A stretch of 64,000 bases of DNA from Chrysomallon squamiferum (Eukaryota; Animalia; Mollusca): NCBI GenBank assembly GCA_012295275.1, contig CM022672.1:11284001-11348000 (forward strand), in the 5' to 3' direction. The position numbers were made by a program, and so were the translations under genes. Positions 61,030 through 64,000 of this stretch are shown here, in pieces. How positions within the stretch are numbered: the stretch's first letter is position 1; the number at the start of each line of letters is the position of its first letter. The notes beneath the pieces were generated by a model. It was not told the origin of the DNA. It was given only the letters and a program-made list of their open reading frames with translations, and did not search any database.

Positions 61030-62322
61030 TGATTGACTTCATTAGCTTAAATGTTATAATTAAATATTCATCAATAACGGAGGGAAAAAAAACCCGTATC
61101 AGTTAATCAACCATATGTTAAGCACTTATGTCCACGGAAGATTCTGTTAAGTATTTTACAAGATCCAGCTAAAAAACATGATTTTTTTTACTGTTAGAGA
61201 AGAGAGTTTGCAGTGATTTTGAATTTCTTCAGTTAGCTCTGTATAAGAGATAAAACTCGGATGATATCTCAGAATGACATCAAGTGCTTGACTTCTCCGC
61301 ATGCGAGATTGTTTTAAAAATTTCTTTTTAAAAAAAAAAGAAGAAGAACAGCAAAAATCAAGAATAAAACTAAATAAGCAAATAATTAGCATTAGATATC
61401 GTAAATGCTGAATATCTAGATCGACAAACAGTTAACATAGAAAATGTATCAGTAAGTAAGACAGTAAAAAAAAAAGAAAGTTTTAATCCTTGTTTATTAT
61501 TTGGCAAGAGACAATCTTTGCTTTTCTGCTTGTATTTTACCTTTTCAATTTTAATGATATTTATTGGCTTTAAATTTGAAGTACACATGTTGATTAAATA
61601 AAGATTTCAATAGACTGTAAACTATATATCTATATCTATATCTATATAACTTTTGTCTTTTCTTTTGGTAGGCAGTAAAACCGGAAGCCACTGACAACTA
61701 TGACACCGGCACGTGCAAAATTGTTGTTATTTGGTTGTCAATTATAAAATATTTTTTTTTATAATTTTTTTTTTTTTATTTTTTTTTTTTTTTTTTTTTT
61801 TTTTAAATAATAATCTTAGTTACATATTTATTTTATTTACTTAAATAGCAATTTATAGCTTTTGCAAAATTGAAATTTGTTGTGTTTTAGTTCAATGTTC
61901 AGTAACTAACTGTATCATAATGTATATATAATATATAATTGTTTGAAATGCAATGCAAAATACCACTTCATATGAAAAAGCTGTTATAATAATAATAAAT
62001 AAATAAATGAACAATCAAATGAGTAACTTAACTGTTAATTAGTTTACTGAATAAACATTTGATTTTCAAGGCAAACATTTTATAATATAAAATAAATACA
62101 ATATAATTAAACATCAGTTTTAATCAATATTAATATTGTTTACATAGAGTTATGAAATATTAATTAATCAATTATTTTTTAAAATAGAAATAATAATGTG
62201 TTGTATATTAAGAATTTAAAAAAAGGAGAAGAAAGAATGCCCATCTAAGAATCCACGACAAAAATAAAAGAGAGTTTTCAAAAGTACTTCAAAGTAAACA
62301 ATACAGTACATAAAAGACTTAC

Positions 62323-62675
62323 CTGTTTGTATGGAATATTCTCGTTTGCCTTTCTCTAGGATTTTATCAGCCAATTTAACTCATTAAACATCATTGCAAT
62401 GTACAGACTGCGATCATACTGCGGAAAGATGCGCAAAGTTCAATACGATTTCCATCACAACATTGGCCGTTGATTGGTCTAAATGTCATTATATACCAGA
62501 AAGGAAGTCACTAAGAAGTCACGTGGTTTGTTGGCTAGGGACGCTAAAAGCGTCGCTTCCGTTGTCCTTAGACGGGTTTTTGTAATTGCGTTTGAACGAG
62601 AGCTGGTATCGATCGATAGTGCGGCGGACGTTAGAACTTGCCGAAGCATAGTCGTTATTCACTGATTATCGATAA
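62323..62675 (-). promoter_or_regulatory. Promoter-like CpG island with a minus-strand splice donor (candidate distal first exon)
   Basis: CAG|GTAAGT donor at 62323/62322; CCAAT/ATTGG at 62371, 62462, 62473; GTCACGTGG at 62518-62526; ETS-like CTTCCG at 62556; TATCGATA at 62667-62674. Confidence 0.55.
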
Positions 62676-63476
62676 CCTTCGATTTCGATTTATTCTTATT
62701 TTTTCTTTATCTATTTTTAAAAATATGAATGAGCTGTTCGAGTTCTTTTGAAAAAATGAATTTAATGTTGTAATTAACATTAATGGCAATACATAAAAGG
62801 ATATCTGTTGCTATGTGCATCATTTTCACAAAATGAGACACAGTCTTTTTTTTTAAAGATTTACAGATGTGATCACCCGGTATCACACACTCACACAGAC
62901 ACACAGACACACACACACACACGACGAAATAGCAGCCATGGATTGACAAATACATTTTTCTTATTTGAATTCACCTTTATCTATTTCTTCTTTATTTGAT
63001 ATTTATTTTTAAAATTAAGAATTTCCAAGACATCGTTCACGCGTTACCATATCATATAGAAAACTCACAATGTCTTTTTTATTTATATTCCCTTGTATTC
63101 CTTTCTAGTGTCGCTGAGAAAAAATGATAATGTCAGAAACAGTGTATCGTTCGAAAGCACTGATAAATATGCCAAATACATGATAAAACTACAAAAGCGA
63201 AATAAATAGCGTAAATTTTAAAATTTAAAATGTTCAAGCATGCTTCTAGCGGTCGTTCGTTGAGATAGCACTTTATAAATACTAATATACTGTTGTCTCT
63301 TAGACAGATGTATAACATCTTTAAATATGACTTATTTTTGTTTTGAAAAAGAAAGAATTTAAAGAAAGCAATAGTAACAGAAACATTGAACATGAAAATT
63401 TTATGCATGTATACTGTTTTGATCGAACATTTTGAATCAACATCTGTGCATATTTTTTCCAGCATCAAGAGGGTAC

Positions 63477-63552
<76 letters not shown>

Positions 63553-63803
63553 TTTAAATAATATTATTTGTTTGTTTTTGTTTTTTCTCCACCCATTTAA
63601 AAGCAAGTATTTCGTTTTTTATTTATTATACTGATCAAATCTTCGACATTTTCGTTTTATTTGCTATGATTTATTCTTTTCTATATTTTTATTATTGTTT
63701 TGAAACCTCTAAATTTATTATATTTTTTTTACTAATTTGTTACGACGACAGCAACAACAACAGCAACAACAACAACAATAAGAAGAAGAAGAACAACAAC
63801 AAC

Positions 63804-63844
<41 letters not shown>

Positions 63845-64000
63845 TAAATATTTTACAACTTAAGATCTACGGTTTTTTCGGAGACAGAGATATTGACGTA
63901 ATGTAGCATTAAAAAGGAAACTTGATACTTTTACTATTGATTAGCAACAAAGTTTATTTTATATGCATCTGTACATAAAAGGAAACGAACTGAAGACTGT

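Overview
AT-rich, microsatellite-dense animal genomic DNA, most likely mollusc (probably gastropod), judged from Meta/MESC-type SINE remnants and vertebrate-like intron positions; the taxon is inferred. Three intron-containing genes could be spliced by hand with GT-AG sites and consistent phases: NHP2 (+, 4 exons, 152 aa), an SLC23/NAT-family nucleobase-ascorbate transporter (+, 11 coding exons, 600 aa) and a vesicular monoamine transporter VMAT/SLC18A1-2 (-, 15 coding exons, 535 aa) convergent with the SLC23 gene. A decayed pogo-type DD35D transposon with a C-terminal PHD finger lies between NHP2 and SLC23. VMAT introns hold Tigger-derived elements, SINE remnants and a duplicated segment. The last 24 kb has no recognisable coding exons but contains candidate non-coding VMAT first exons/promoters (~44.5-44.9 kb, ~62.3-62.7 kb) and CpG/motif-rich islands. 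Most ORF-track entries are microsatellite artefacts. I found no convincing wholly new multi-gene system. The best leads are the non-canonical NAT signature of the SLC23 protein next to VMAT, a possible intronic H/ACA RNA in NHP2, Tigger elements resembling vertebrate families, and complementary intronic repeats that could structure the pre-mRNAs.
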